The position numbers and the translations under genes were made by a program. Below the pieces are notes generated by a model. It saw only the letters and a program-made list of their open reading frames with translations, ran no database searches and was not told the origin of the DNA. A stretch of DNA of 64,000 nucleotides from Scyliorhinus canicula (lineage: Eukaryota), in contig NC_052166.1 in the NCBI RefSeq assembly GCF_902713615.1, forward strand, positions 47,531,870 through 47,595,869, given 5' to 3'. Every line of letters starts with the position of its first letter. Position 1 is the stretch's first letter. This document shows, one piece after another, positions 49,105 to 62,844 of this stretch.

Positions 49105-50518
49105 TTGCCCTTGCTTTCAACAAGAATTCCTGATTTCACAATGGCAGGGTAAAGAAAATACTGAGGAAACATTATTACAATAGCAACATTTTCTGCCTCC
49201 AAAAGGCTGTAAATAATTTATGCATCCATTTTTACATCTTGTGTTACAATCTTTTCCAATTTCTATACACAATACAGGGTTCCCTTTATAAAGGCTCCAT
49301 TGGAATGTTTATTTTTTTTCTCTTTTGCATTAACCCAGGTAAATGAGAACTAATTACTGTACCCTTGCCCTACTTATTATATCTAGCATCAAATTCCTTG
49401 TTTCTGGTTGTTCCGACACCGTTTCCACGCAACACTATTCTTAAACTGCAATAAAACCACATGATAATCGTTAAACAGCAATACATGGAAGGGATCTAAA
49501 CTGTGTAATGAATCAATAACAGCATGTTTTACAATTATTAAAATACTTGAGAGAAACCTGAAAAGAGCTATTACAGTGGTATTTTTGGATTAATAAGCAG
49601 AAAACCAATTACGATATTTAAGTTGGTCTCTTGTTTTCTGATATCTTTTATTGGTGTAATTAGTCTTGAAGGTTTTATTAATCCAAATTACACCAAAATG
49701 ATTCAATTGTAAAAATGTAAATGCAATAAAAAAAAGAAATAAATTCTATTTGGAGCATGATACAGAGTCAAAAGCAGTTACAGATAGCACTTGCTGGTGT
49801 TCTCATAGAATCTACAATGCAGAAGGAGGCCATTCGGCCCATTGAGTCTGCACCAGCTTTTGGAAAGAGCACCCTACTTAAGCCCACATCACCCTATCCC
49901 CGTAACCCCACCTAACCTTTGTTTTTCGGGCACGAAGGGCAATTTAGCACGACCAATCCACCTAACCTGCACATGTTTGGACTCTGCAACAGTGAGGATG
50001 GGTGAGGGAAGGAGCATGACCAAACAAATTGTACTCCCATCTCGTGTTAACCGTAAGAAAGAAAATTACAATTAAAAAAAAAAAATGCTTGTAAGCATTT
50101 GTTAATGCCTGTCCATGAGGGAGCAAAGGTTTATGAGTATGACAGCATGTCACTTCAAACAGTGTTTCATTCAAATCAGTTCAGGACTGCAATAAAGCTA
50201 CAGGACCAAAAATAATTATTCCCCTTGCACGTGTAGAAATGGCAGAATTTCAAACCCATAATATCTGCTTTTTCTCAATGAATTTCATTCCCCATAGGAG
50301 AACAACTTCATTTGCATTTAAAAGATGTATTAATATAAAGTACCAGTACTATTAAATACTTGTAAACAGCTGAAAAACTTGAAGTCCTGTAATAAAAACA
50401 CTGTCATAACAGTGACTGAAAACACTAATAAGGATATCTTATCAGTAACTGTAATGTTCATCAAATGAGTTATGTTGTTAGTTCTCTGAATGTGCACGTT
50501 CCAGACATTGCACTTGGT

Positions 50519-50602
50519 TCATTGCCAGTGAGGGGGAGGCAGGCCGGTTATTGATGGAAGTACAATACCTTTAGGAGAAGGTTTTGATCCAAACCAAGAC
50601 AT
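50519..50602 (-). CDS. GOLGA1: GOLGA1 terminal coding exon
   Basis: tag|ATGTCTTGG... encodes MSWFGSKPSPKGIVLPSITGLPPPHWQ*, matching the golgin-97 MSWFGSKP tail. Confidence 0.94.
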   Translation of the reverse strand: MSWFGSKPSPKGIVLPSITGLPPPHWQ

Positions 50603-50707
50603 CTACAATGTAAGAAGGAAGATTTAGTAAGCCACTCAACAGCATTCATTAAAAGAATGGATGTAGGCAAGACTCAGTAAAGTGATTAGGAACAGATCCT
50701 GCCTTAC

Positions 50708-50794
50708 CTTATATTCTAAGGATTCCTTGAGCAAGTTCTCTTCTTCACGTGTAAAGTTAAGTAGCATGGATACTGCTTTCACCAGCTGATAGGC
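50708..50794 (-). CDS. GOLGA1: GOLGA1 exon (87 bp), GRIP domain
   Basis: cag|GCCTAT...TATAAG|gtaagg encodes AYQLVKAVSMLLNFTREEENLLKESLEYK. Confidence 0.95.
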
Positions 50795-52137
50795 CTGCAA
50801 CAAAGCACATTGTAATCTGATATTTCCCCCCATTTATTAGACCATTGACAACTTTCATGCAAGTTTCTACAAGTAAAATACTACCCATTAGCAAGGAAAT
50901 ACACTGAAAGGTTCCCATAATTCACAAATCATTTTGAATATAAAGTTTCAAATTGAAAACTTATTTTTAAAATAACAATAATCTTTATTGTCACAAGTAG
51001 ACTTGCATTAACACTAGTTATTGGGAAAATCCCCTAGTCGCCACACTCCGGCGCCAAGAAATCCTGTCTAAATTTCTCAAGTTAAAATTCATTAAAGGAG
51101 TGTTCCGGGGTACATTCTGGCACATCATGGAGTATTTTTCTGAAAATTGTATTCCATTGTGTACATTTTTAAAAAATTACTTGCCACACAGCACCTGGCT
51201 TCCTGATCCTAGCCACCATCTTCTTTACATTACTGAAGCTGGCCACCAGAAAACAGCATCCATGTGCCTAGCCTTTGCTTCTACTGGTGGAACCCAATTG
51301 GAATTTGGGGTCTGGATGTTTTTCTGAGGCCATGATGGATGCAAAAGGCAGTTTTCGAAATTGAAAAAAAAAGAGATGACAGAAAGGCAAGCTCTTTCCC
51401 AATAGCACTTTGAAAGGCAGTACAGCAAGTCATCTCAAGCTTTATGTTTTACGTTTTGTATGTCTATAACTGCAGTTAAGGGCCCTGCTTGTGATGTCAG
51501 ATCTTCTCTGTCTCAGTCTTGCTAGGGATTAAACTATTGATAGGAGAAACTGTAAGTTGGCTGCTGTGCAAATGATCATGCTGTGTCAATGCCAAGCATG
51601 TTTTCCACTCCACGCAATCCTTTCCTTTGACAAGCTTGTAATAAGCTGTGGTTAGGGTCTGTACTTGTTGGATATTGCTGGGTATGGAGTCACTGAAAAC
51701 TCTCAAAAGGAGTTGGTCAAGTCATTGGAGGTAGGTGAGCTAAAAAGGGCCAGTAGAGCTTGTGGTGTGACCTTGAGGTGTCGGAGGAATTTCCCAGGGT
51801 TTTATCTGAAAGATTTTTCTTTGTTTTTCCTAGAAAGTTGTATGGCTATTGGGGAGAATAGTGTGATGAGGCCGAAAGTGTATGTAGGTTGCAGCATTTC
51901 AGCATAGGGCCAGCTTTCTTTCTCGTCATTTTCCATAAATTCCATTTCTGATTCTCAGCCTATATCACAGGTAATGCAGAATCGCATCTCTGAATTATAC
52001 ATCTGTCAGCTTAATTGCCAAACCATTATTTTGCTTCATCATTTGAAACCATTAACAGTTCTGCATTTTAACATGTAAAACATAAATCAAGGCTTTCTAT
52101 TGATTACTGTAGATTACTGCAATGATCAGTAACTCAC

Positions 52138-52317
52138 CTCGGATTCTCTGACAGACATGAACTTGAGAAGAACGTGTTTAAGATATTCAAAATTTATCTC
52201 CCTGGAGTCATTAAGATCGGAATTGTTTACAACTGTGGTGGAATTATTGAAGCTGGCTGGTGGTTCAAAGTAAGATTTCTCTCGAACTTCGGCAGGCTCC
52301 AATTCTGGTTTCATTTT
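52138..52317 (-). CDS. GOLGA1: GOLGA1 exon (180 bp), start of the GRIP domain
   Basis: aag|AAAATG...TCCGAG|gtgagt encodes KMKPELE...[24 protein letters not shown], including the conserved GRIP Tyr. Confidence 0.95.
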
Positions 52318-52691
52318 CTTTAATTGAAAAGATTTCGTATGCATCAATTAGAATGCCATTTTAAAGAAAAAAAAAGAGCTTTCCCGAGCTGCCAATAAAA
52401 TATTGCTATTTCCTTTGTTTGCTGTGTCATGTTCAGAAACCCATTATTGTGTTTATGAGTTTTCAGTTACAGTTATTGGAGGAATCTAATTATGTAGAAT
52501 TTCCCTTAGTAAAATTCAAACTGCACAGGCATGCTACAAAGGCTGAGACCTCCGTGTGTGTGTGTGTGTGTGTTTATTTGTTTGTACAGGGCTAACGCTG
52601 GAGTTTAACCAATTAAAACAGCACAGCATAATACAGAGCAGTCACTGCCCAGGTTCTCATGTGAAGAATGCGGACAAAGTAGTTAGTGCTA

Positions 52692-52912
52692 GGGCAGCAC
52701 GGTGGCACAGTGGTTAGCATTGCTGCCTACGGCGCTGAGGACCCGGGTTCGAATCCCGGCCCCGGGTCACTGTCCATGTGGAGTTTGCACATTCTCCCCG
52801 TGTGTGCGTGGGTTTCGCCCCCACAACCCAAAAGATATGCAGGATAGGTGGATTGGCCATGCTAAATTGCCCCTTAATTGGAAAAAATAATTGGGTACTC
52901 TAAATTTAAAAA
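52692..52912 (+). mobile_element. Short HE1-related SINE with TSD
   Basis: Flanked by the direct repeat AAAGTAGTTAGTGCT (~15 bp). Confidence 0.9.
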
Positions 52913-53030
52913 GTAGTTAGTGCTTAAACAAATACAATTGTTTTATAAAATTTCTCAAATAAATTTAGAACAAGATATGCTTGATCTGATCCCATTAATG
53001 CATTGCCAACATTGCCACACTGGTAGTAAA

Positions 53031-53380
53031 GGGCAACATGGTAGCACATTGGTTAGCACAGTTTCTTCACAGCTCCAGGGTCCCAGGTTCAATTCCCGGC
53101 TTGGGTCACTGTCTGTGCGGAGTCTGCACATTCTCCCCGTGTCTGCATGGGTTTCCTCCGGGTGCTCTGGTTTCCTCCCACAGTCCAAAGATGTGCAGGT
53201 TAAGTGGATTGGCCGTGATAAATTGCCCTTAAGTGTCCAAAAAAGTTAAGTGAGGTTACGGGGAAAGGGTGGAAGCATGGGCTTAAGTAGGGTGCTCTTT
53301 CCAAGAGCCAGTGCAGACTCGATGGGCCGAATGGCCTCCTCATGCACTGCAAATTCTATGAATATGAAAATTTCTATGAA
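53031..53380 (+). mobile_element. HE1-type SINE
   Basis: Full head, core and tail. Confidence 0.9.
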
Positions 53381-53983
53381 AAGTATAAAATTCATTTCAC
53401 CTAAAAAAAACCTTCATTTGTATGAACAGATGAAAAATGAAAACAAAGCAAGTTAGTTCGAATTCATCAGATTCAGCGAACAGTTTACAATGGGTAAACA
53501 TTAGTCCCATCAATTTGAACCATATGTGAAAGAAATTAAAAATAAGGAGTAAAAAAAGAAATTACAATGGCAAAGACTGCAGATGCTGGAAATATGAAAT
53601 AAGAACAGAAAATACAGTATCTGTGGAGAGGGTTTCAGGTCCTGAAATTGAATTGATCTGAAACGTTGCTCTCTTTCTCTCTCCACTGACATTGCCTCAA
53701 CAGAAACTAAATTGGGGTCGTTAAACACCAACGATGAGCTTCTTCTTATTAGCAGAATTGAAACTAGGTCATGAAAAGCATTAGGAAAGTATTCTGGGAA
53801 CAATTCTCCAGACAATGCTATTTCAGTCTCAGGTTAAGCTGCAGGCATCTGCCAACCAGTTTAAGATGGTGCATGTGTAAAATGTGTGCGTGTGCTTCTG
53901 ACCCATTTTCTGGTTTAATCTATTGAAAAGAAAAATCCTAATGAATTTATTTTTTAAAAAATAATTTAAAGCAAAATCTTTAC

Positions 53984-54043
53984 CAGTTCTTTCTGTAGTG
54001 TCTTTTTCAATTCCGTTAGCCTCTGCAGTAGTTGTTTAATAGT
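53984..54043 (-). CDS. GOLGA1: GOLGA1 exon (60 bp)
   Basis: cag|ACTATT...GAACTG|gtaaag encodes TIKQLLQRLTELKKTLQKEL. Confidence 0.92.
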
Positions 54044-54829
54044 CTGAGGGAGGAAATAATATAAAATCTAAAATCTGCAGTGATGATCACTTCATCATTT
54101 TAAAATAATTTTGATTTAAGATTCTAACAAAGCAACAAAATACCAAGGAAATCATCAGCATATATCCTAAATTTGTTGGGTCACTGACTGAAGTAGATTG
54201 TGTTCATAAACCCACAGAATGAGAGAAGAGAGAGTTTAATGAATCCTCACCCTAACCAAGACGTGTTGGCACAATAAGCGGCGAAGAGGTGGCAAACTAA
54301 TAACTCTCTGGGTGAGATTTTCCAAGGAATCAGCAAAGGCTGATGGCGGGTGGAAAGAACGGTGTTGAAGCTGCCAATAAGAAGGGCGACTTTCTCCGTC
54401 ATATAGTTCCAGACTTTGAAGAAAAAACTTAAAGGGGTGTGTCCCACAACATAGTGCTGTCACAGCAGCCTCTGATACACCCACCTTGCCAGAAACTTAA
54501 TCAATCAAGGATCGGGGCGTCAGTTTAAAGGCCACCCAACGCAAAGGTGTTTATCCTGGAACACTCCCAGGGCTCCCAGAGCGGTCTGCTCGCCAGGTGC
54601 ATGCTCTGGGAGACCTAGTCGGGTTTGATGTTGTTACTGCCATCACACTGACACGGTGCATTTTCTGATGTTGGGGGGGGGGGGGGGGGGGAGAGAGAAG
54701 AGAGACTGAATACCCTACGTTCAACTGGGGGGGACGGTCATGCACTTAGCAATGTAAATAAACTGCCAGATGCAAGTTGGAGAGGAAAATCCCAATCTCT
54801 GTCATTACCACAGGAAAGCACTATAATAC

Positions 54830-55080
54830 AATTATCTTTATTAGTGTCACAAGTGGGCACATGAACACTGCAATGAGGTTACTGTGACAAGCCCCTAGTC
54901 GCTCCGGCGCCTGTTAGGGAACACGGGAGCGAGAATATGGAATGTCCAATTCACCTAACAGCCCATCTTTCGGGATTTGTGGGAGGAAACCGGAGCGCCC
55001 GGAGGAAACCCAAGCAGACATGGGGAGAACGTGCAGACTCCATGTGACAGTGACCTAAGCCTGGAATCGATTCCTGTCGC
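54830..55080 (-). mobile_element. HE1-head SINE with a Rex1-like tail
   Basis: Same family as 26663-26935. Confidence 0.75.
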
Positions 55081-55499
55081 TGGAATAAACTGCTGTATAA
55101 TAAATTTTAAAAATGAGTATGTGTCCCATCATAGGTAGGTTATTTAAGTAATGGCAAAGCTGGTAAATCCTGCTCAAGCACTTCCTAGAGAAGAAGTCAG
55201 AGCCAGTAATCCTCGGCTGCACTCAGACACTTTATATAGAATCTACTGGGATGAGTAACATTATAGTGATATTGCAGGGCTAGTAAAGGTTCAGAGACAC
55301 GAGTTTAGTGGAATTTAAAGCAATTCTCAGTAATGGTGACCACGAGTATTGTAAAAAACAATCTGGTTCACTTGTGCCCTTTAGGGGAGGAAATTTGCCA
55401 CTTTTACTTAGTCTGCCATGCACGTGATTTCAACCCATAATGTGGTTGATTCTTAACTGGCCTTAAATGACCTAGCAAATCATTCAGCTACATCAAACC

Positions 55500-56800
55500 A
55501 CTACACCTTTATTCAAAAGGAGTGATCGGCCAGTTAGCCTAGCATTTGTCAGAGGAAAAATGTTAGAAGCTATTATTAAAGATGTTATAGCAAAGCATGT
55601 GGAAAAATCCAAGGTAATCAGGCAGAGTGAATGTGGTTTTGTGATAGGGAAATCATGTTTAACCAATTTATTGGAGTGTAAAGGAGTCTCCTGTGCTGTG
55701 GATAAAGTGGAACCAGTGGATGTTCTGCACTTAGATTTCCACAAGGCATAAAGTGCCACATCAAAGGTTATTGCAGAAAATAAAAGCTCATGGTAGAGAG
55801 GGCAACATATTGGCATGGTTTGGCTGGTCAGGATGTAACAAGTGGTGTGCCACAGGGATCAGTCCTGGGGCCTTTATATAAATGACTAGAGTGGCACGGT
55901 GGCACAACTGTTAGCACAGCGGCCTCACAGCACTAAGGACCTGGGGTTTGATTCTAAGATTGCACATTCTCCCAGTGTCTGCGTGGGTTTCCTCTGGGTA
56001 CTCTTGCTTCCTCCTACAATCCAAAGATGTGTAGGTTAGATGGGGTTACAAGGATAGGCTGGGGAGTGGGTCTAGGTAGGGTGCTCTTTCGGATGGTTGG
56101 TGCAAATGCAATGGGTCGAATGACCTTCTTCTGCACAGCAGGGATTCTAAGATTCTATGAATTGGATGTAGGGACCAAAGTTATTGTTGCAAAATTTGCT
56201 GAACACAATGATAGGCAGGAAAGTAAATTGTGAAGAGGACATAAGAAGGCAACAAAGGGATACAAATAGGTTAAGCGAGTGGGAAAAGATCTGGCAAATG
56301 GAGTATAATATGGGAAAATGTGAAATGGTCCATTTTGGCAGGAAGAATAAAAAATAAACTTATCTAAGCGGTGAGAGATTGTAAAGCTCAGATTCTGGGT
56401 GTCCTAGTGCATGAATCACAGAAGACTAGCATGCAGGTAATTAGAAAAGCTAATAAAATGTTATAGTTTGAGGGGAATTGATTTAAAAAGCAGGGAGGTT
56501 ATGCTATTGTTGGACAGGGCACTGGTCATACCACATCTATGTACAGTCTCATTATTTAAGGAAAAATGTAAAAGCATTAGCAGCAGTTCAGAGAACGTTT
56601 ACAAGACTAATACCCAAATTGGGCAGGTTACATTATGGGCAAAGGTTAGTCTTGTATCGTCTGGAGTTTAGAAGAGTAAGAGGTGACTTGATTGAAACTT
56701 TTAAGATTCCAAGGGGACTTGACAGAGTGAAGGTGAAAAGGATGTTTTTTTTCTTGTTGGAAAATCTAGAACTAGGGTCATGGTTTAAAAATAAGAGGTC
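55500..56800 (+). mobile_element. Old CR1 LINE, with its 3' end displaced to ~60225-60480 by nested insertions
   Basis: KSCLTNLLE...LDFHKA; WQMEYN; RRVRGDLIETFK; CR1 tail at 60400-60480. Confidence 0.75.
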
Positions 56801-57859
56801 CGGGGTCTGAACGGTGTCTCTGATTTGGCTGGGAGGAGTGAGATCTGTTGGGTAGTGTATCGTGGCATGAATTAAGTATCCTTGGTTCACTGGCTCCTCT
56901 ATACGAGAATATACACTGCCAAGCCATGCCTTGTACCAATGGCGACATCCTGTTGTCTCCCTTCTCCCATTGCTTGGAGGTATTGGAAGGCTGAGTTAGG
57001 TTTTTTTCTTACCCCATAAGGGTGGCATATTGTGTAGCTTTCTCTTTTTGGCCTTATGGCGGAGGGTGTGCACCATAGGGCCATGTGCCCATGGCTTTAT
57101 CTTGGTGCCCTCTACTCTTTTTGGCAACCTTTCATTTTTTGAATGAAGGGAGACACTGCCTATAACGTTTGACAATGTAAACCAATTGTATGACTATTTG
57201 CTGATCTTGTGATATATATAATGTGTCTCTTTAGAATTTTTTTTCTATAAATTTATCCAAATCTCTTTTTTTCCCCCAGTTAAGGGGCAATTTAGCGTGG
57301 CCAATCCACCTATCCTGCACATCTTTGGGTTTGTGGGGGGCGAGACCCACGCAGACACGGGGAAAATGTGCAAACCCACATGGACAGTGACCCGGGACCG
57401 GGATCAAGGCCGGGTCCTCAGGGCCGTGAGGCAGCAGTGCTAATCGCAGATTTATTTTTGTATTTCTTTGTCTTTACCTTGGGGTTAAAGAAATACTGAC
57501 TGGATCCTGCAGATGAACAGGCAGATCTCATATCTGAGAAAAAAAAAAGTTATAATATGTGATTGGTGCCTCTGGTATAATTGGAGTTGGGCAGGTCACT
57601 ATCTGTGTCGAGTTTGTACATTCACCCCGTGTCTACGTGGGTCTCACCCCCGCAATTCAAAGATGTGCAGGGTAGATTGGCCAAGGTAAATTGCCCCTTA
57701 ATTGGAAAAAATTGAAAAAGTAATAATTGGAGTTGGGGGAGGTATGTTTTGGTGCACGCCCAAATGGGGCACGAAAATCATTTCCTAGATTTTCTTTGGC
57801 TGTATGGGTAATCGCTAGGCGTGAATGTGTACCATTTTAACATGGCTTTATCCTCTTTT

Positions 57860-60155
57860 TACAGGTACTGCGTGTCTTTGATATGTATGTCCCTGTCAGG
57901 CAGGGAAGAGATGGTCGAGTGAGGGAACCATGGTTGACAAGAGAGGTTGAATGTCTTGTTAAGAGGAAGAAGGAGACTTATGTAAGGCTGAAGAAACAAG
58001 GTTCAGACAGGGCGCTGGAGGGATACAAGATAGCCAGGAGGGAACTGAAGAAAGGGATTAGGAGAGCTAAAAGAGGGCATGAAAAATCTTTGGCAGGTAG
58101 GATCAAGGAAAACCCCAAGGCCTTTTACACATATGTGAGAAATATGAGAATGACTAGAGCGAGGGTAGGTCCGATCAAGGACAGTAGCGGGAGATTGTGT
58201 ATCGAGTCTGAAGAGATAGGAGAGGTCTTGAACAAGTATTTTTCTTCAGTATTTACAAACGAGAGGGGCCATATTGTTGGAGAGGACAGTGTGAAACAGA
58301 CTGATAAGCTCGAGGAGATACTTGTCAGGAAGGAAGATGTGTTGCGCGTTTTGAAAAACTTGAGGATAGACAAGTCCCCCGGGCCTGACGGGATATATCC
58401 AAGGATTCTATGGGAAGCAAGATATGAAATTGCAGAGCGTTGGCAATGATCTTTTCGTCCTCACTGTCAACAGGGGTGGTACCAGAGGATTGGAGAGTGG
58501 CGAATGTCGTGCCCCTGTTCAAAAAAGCGAATAGGGATAACCCTGGGAATTACAGGCCAGTTAGTCTTACTTCGGTGGTAGGCAAAGTAATGGAAAGGGT
58601 ACTGAGGGATAGGATTTCTGAGCATCTGGAAAGACACTGCTTGATTAGGGATAGTCAGCACGGATTTGTGAGGGGTAGGTCTTGCCTTACAAGTCTTATT
58701 GACTTCTTTGAGGAGGTGGCCAAGCATGTGGATGAAGGTAAAGCAGTGGATGCAGTGTACATGGATTTTAGTAAGGCATTTGATAAGGTTCCCCATTGTA
58801 GGCTTGTGCAGAAAGTAAGGAGGCATGGGATAGTGGGAAATTTGGCCAGTTGGATAACAAACTGGCTAACCGATGGAAGACAGAGAGTGGTGGTGGATGG
58901 CAAATATTCAGCCTGGAGCCCAGTTATCAGTGGCGTACCGCAGGGATCAGTTCTGGGTCCTCTGCTGTTTGTGATTTTCATTAACGACTTGGATGAGGGA
59001 GTTGAAGGGTGGGTCAGTAAATTTGCAGATGATACGAAGATTCGTGGAGTTGTGGATAGTGAGGAGGGCTGTTGTCGGCTTCAAAGAGACATAGATAGGA
59101 TGCAGAGCTGGGCTGAGAAGTGGCAGATGGAGTTTAACCCTGACAAGCGTGAGGGTGTCCATTTTGGAAGGACAAATCTGAATGCGGAATGCAGGGTTAA
59201 CGGTAGGGTTCTTGGCAATGTGGAGGAGCAGAAAGATCTTGGGGTCTATGTTCATAGATCTTTGAAAGTTGCCACTCAAGTGGATAGAGCTGTGAAGAAG
59301 GCCTATGGTGTGCTAGCGTTCATTAGCAGAGGAATTGAATTTAAGAGCCGTGAGGTGATGATGCAGCTGTACAAAACCTTGGTCAGGCCACATTTGGAGT
59401 ACTGTGTGCAGTTCTGGTCGCCTCATTTTAGGAAGGATGTGGAAGCTTTGGAAAAGGTGCAAAGGAGATTGACCAGGATGTTGCCTGGAATGGAGAGTAG
59501 GTTATACGAGGAAAGGTTGAGGGTGCTAGGCCTTTTCTCATTAGAACGGAGAAGGATGAGGGGCGACTTGCTAGAGGTTTATAAGATGATCAGGGGAATA
59601 GATAGAGTAGACAGTCAGAGACTTTTTCCCCGGGTGGAACACACCATTACAAGGGGTCATAAATTTAAGATAAATGGTGGAAGATATAGAGGGGATGTCA
59701 GAGGTAGGTTCTTTACCCAGAGAGTAGTGGGGGCATGGAATGCACTGTCTGTGGAAGTAGCTGAGTCGGAAACGTTAGGGACATTCAAGCGGCTATTGGA
59801 TAGGTACATGGATTAGGGTAGAATAATGGAGTGTAGATTAACTTCTTCTTAAGGGCAGCACGGTAGCATTGTGGATAGCACAATTGCTTCACAGCTCCAG
59901 GGTCCCAAGTTCGATTTCGACTTGGGTCACTGTCTGTGTGGAGTCTGCACATCCTCCCCGTGTGTGCGTGGGTTTCCTCCGGGTACTCCGGTTTCCTCCC
60001 ACAGTCCAAAGATGTGCAGGTTGGGTGGATTGGCCATGAAAAAGTGCCCTTAGTGTCCAAAATTCTATGATTAACCTAGGACAAAAGTTCGGCACAACAT
60101 AGTGGGACGAAGGGCCTGTTCTGTGCTGTATTTCTCTATCTATCTATCTATCTCT
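57860..60155 (+). mobile_element. Young 5'-truncated CR1 LINE, ORF2 nearly intact
   Basis: ORFs 57883-58449 and 58440-59816 joined by one frameshift near 58440; NYRPVSLTS, YMDFSKAFDKV, QGSVLGP, KFADD; (TCTA)n tail. Confidence 0.95.
59853..60068 (+). mobile_element. HE1-type SINE embedded in the 3' UTR of the young CR1
   Basis: SINE head and core lie between the CR1 stop codon and the CR1 terminal tail. Confidence 0.85.
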
Positions 60156-61579
60156 TTTTGAAGGCTTGTTGAGTTATTTGTAAAAATGGAAAAACTAATA
60201 AAAATATGTATTAAAAAAGGATCACTCATAAAACAGATGAGGAGATTTTTCTCTCTGAGGGGCATGAATTTTTGGAACTAAAAGTCAGTAGAAGTAAAGT
60301 CTTTGAATATTTTAAGGCAAAGCTAGATAGATTCTTGATCAACATGAAAGGTTAACTGGGGCTAGGCAGGAAGGTGGGGTTGAGGTTACAATCAAATCGG
60401 CCACAATCTTATAGAATGGTGGAGCGGAGTCGAGGAGGGTTCCGCGAGTGCCTATTCCTGCTCCTAATTCATATGTTCGCTAGAGAAGTTAAATAAGAAT
60501 AAAACCAGACAGACTACCCTGCATCGGCCGATGCATCTGAAATAACAAAGACACATCCAGTCCAGCTGACCCTGCAAATCATCCGCACTAACATCTGGTG
60601 ACTTGTGCCAAAATTGGGACTGCTGCCCTACAAACTAGTCAAGCAACAGCCTGACATAATCATACCTACTGAATCGTACCTTATAACCAATGTCCCAGAT
60701 GCTTTCATCACCATCCCAGAGTATGCCTGGTCACATGGGCAGGGCATACTGGCCAGAGGTGGTGGACAGTTTGGAGGGAGTGGCCCTGGGAAACTTCAGA
60801 CCCCATGAATCACATGACATCAGGTCAAATGCACAAACCTCATCTTGATTGCCACCTAACTCCCAATCCTCAACTAATGAATCAATGGTCCTTCATGTCG
60901 AACACTACTTGAAAATAATAACTGAGAATGTGCTCTGGGTGGGGACTTCAATCACAGCACCTGTCAAATTTATCCTTCCAGGTGGTAGAAGTTGTAAAGG
61001 CAGCAAATCCATTGTGATCACCACCACATGCAAGTTCCCCTCCAAACCACAGGCCATCCTGATTTGGAACGATATTGCTGTTCTACTCATATGTCTTAGC
61101 TTTTCCAAACAACAGTTGCATCCTGTCCAACTATCATGGAAGGCAGAGGCCTTTTCCATCTGTGAAAAGTAAATAGCACGTGGACACTTCCCAAGAGGAA
61201 AAGAAAAGATCGGGCAAAAACTTGGAAGATGGAGAACAATGTTGGAAACTGCGAATTTGTCAGGAAGAATAGAACAACAAAAAATGGCCCACTCCTGCTC
61301 CTATGTCCTGTGCTCCTATTCGTAATAATGAAACCTACAAACTGTAGTAATCCAAAGAATAGATTGTAAACAGAAAAACGTGTATATTTTAACTGGCTAA
61401 TGACAAGAATATAATTTGTAAGTTAAATGGTTATAACGTTAAAGAACGGTAAACTGTTCCAACATTTTTAAAAAACCTAAGTAATCCTCTGCATATGAGC
61501 CTTCTAACATGTGGAGAGGTTGTCACAGAGTGATGCAACTTACAAACTACGTGATGTATACATTTGTTGTGTAGCTAAC

Positions 61580-61738
61580 CTTGTTTTTCTCTATCAACTG
61601 CTGCTCCAAATCTTGGTTGACATGCTGAAGTTGCAAGGTATATGCGACCGTCACCTCTCCATTCTGTCCTTTCTCATCATTTTCCGAGGGATGTAACTGT
61701 CCATTGAGGGCAGCCACTTCTGCTTCTAGATCTTGCAC
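61580..61738 (-). CDS. GOLGA1: Golgin-97, internal coding exon (159 bp)
   Basis: cag|GTGCAAGAT...AACAAG|gttagc encodes VQDLEAEVAALNGQ...QDLEQQLIEKNK; phase 0 at both ends. Confidence 0.88.
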
Positions 61739-62844
61739 CTGTCAGGAGGAACTTGCATTTCTTTAATGGTTCACAGGTACAAAGTTATGTATCCTGATGG
61801 CCAGGACAGAAAATACACAAAAGACGACAATAAATATTTGAATAAATACTTTCTTACAGGAGGGAAAAACAACCTCCTCTTTCCACATTACAAAAGCACA
61901 TTACTTCAAATCTAATTCCCGAAAGGAAAGTGAGCACCAGGTCTTTATTTTCCAAGTCAAAAATAATACCAGCCTATCCTGGGCTATCCTATCCTTGGCT
62001 TCAACATTGCTTGGTTAAGGAATCTGCCAGTGTTCTTGACCACTCCTGTGAGATGTCTGTGCTCACTTTTGAAGAATGGCCACTAAGGCAAAGTATCATT
62101 GGATGACAAGGCTATCGGACCATATTAGTTAGTCAAACTCCTTCTGGTGAAATAAGGAGCTAGAAATGGTTAGGAAAACTGCCAAGTTTTAAAAGCTCAC
62201 CAAACTGTAACTGACCCTTGATCAAAGCCACTGCCTTCAATGTTTTTCATACCATGTAAAATGACCTTCAGATAACAGCGCTCCACATTGCTCCCCTTAT
62301 ACCAGCCCATTTAGTTTTAGAGAAATCTGCCATTGGTAAGAAGTCTTTCTGGACAACCCTGGCTGCTGCCCATATTGTGAATAGTGGAGAAAGGTTTAGA
62401 CAGAGGATAAATGGATAAATCTAGCAGATTCTAGATAAAGGCTGGGCTGTGACCACTGGGACTCATAACTGGAAAGTATTGCAAAACAAATTTCATGAAG
62501 TAAAATATGTTAGATGAGTTCTAATAGCCTGTGTTACCTGTTGATGCCTTATGACCTTCAAGGAATAGCAATACTGTCTTACTTTCATTGATTTCCCCAC
62601 TTCCAAGGGGACATATCTGCTTGCAAAATCAGAGTCTTTGGCTACAATAATGGCATTGGGGTCAGCCAACGCATTGAAACAGGTCAACGTGCTTGTTAAA
62701 AGGTATCGATATAATCTTATAGTGTCCCGGTTAACCAGATAAAGTAAAGTCCTGCCATTCGCAGGGCTTACGTTCCCGCAAAATCTCACAAATGGCAAAA
62801 TTGTGAACGATAAACATGGTTTTCAATGATAGTCAATTTTTCTT

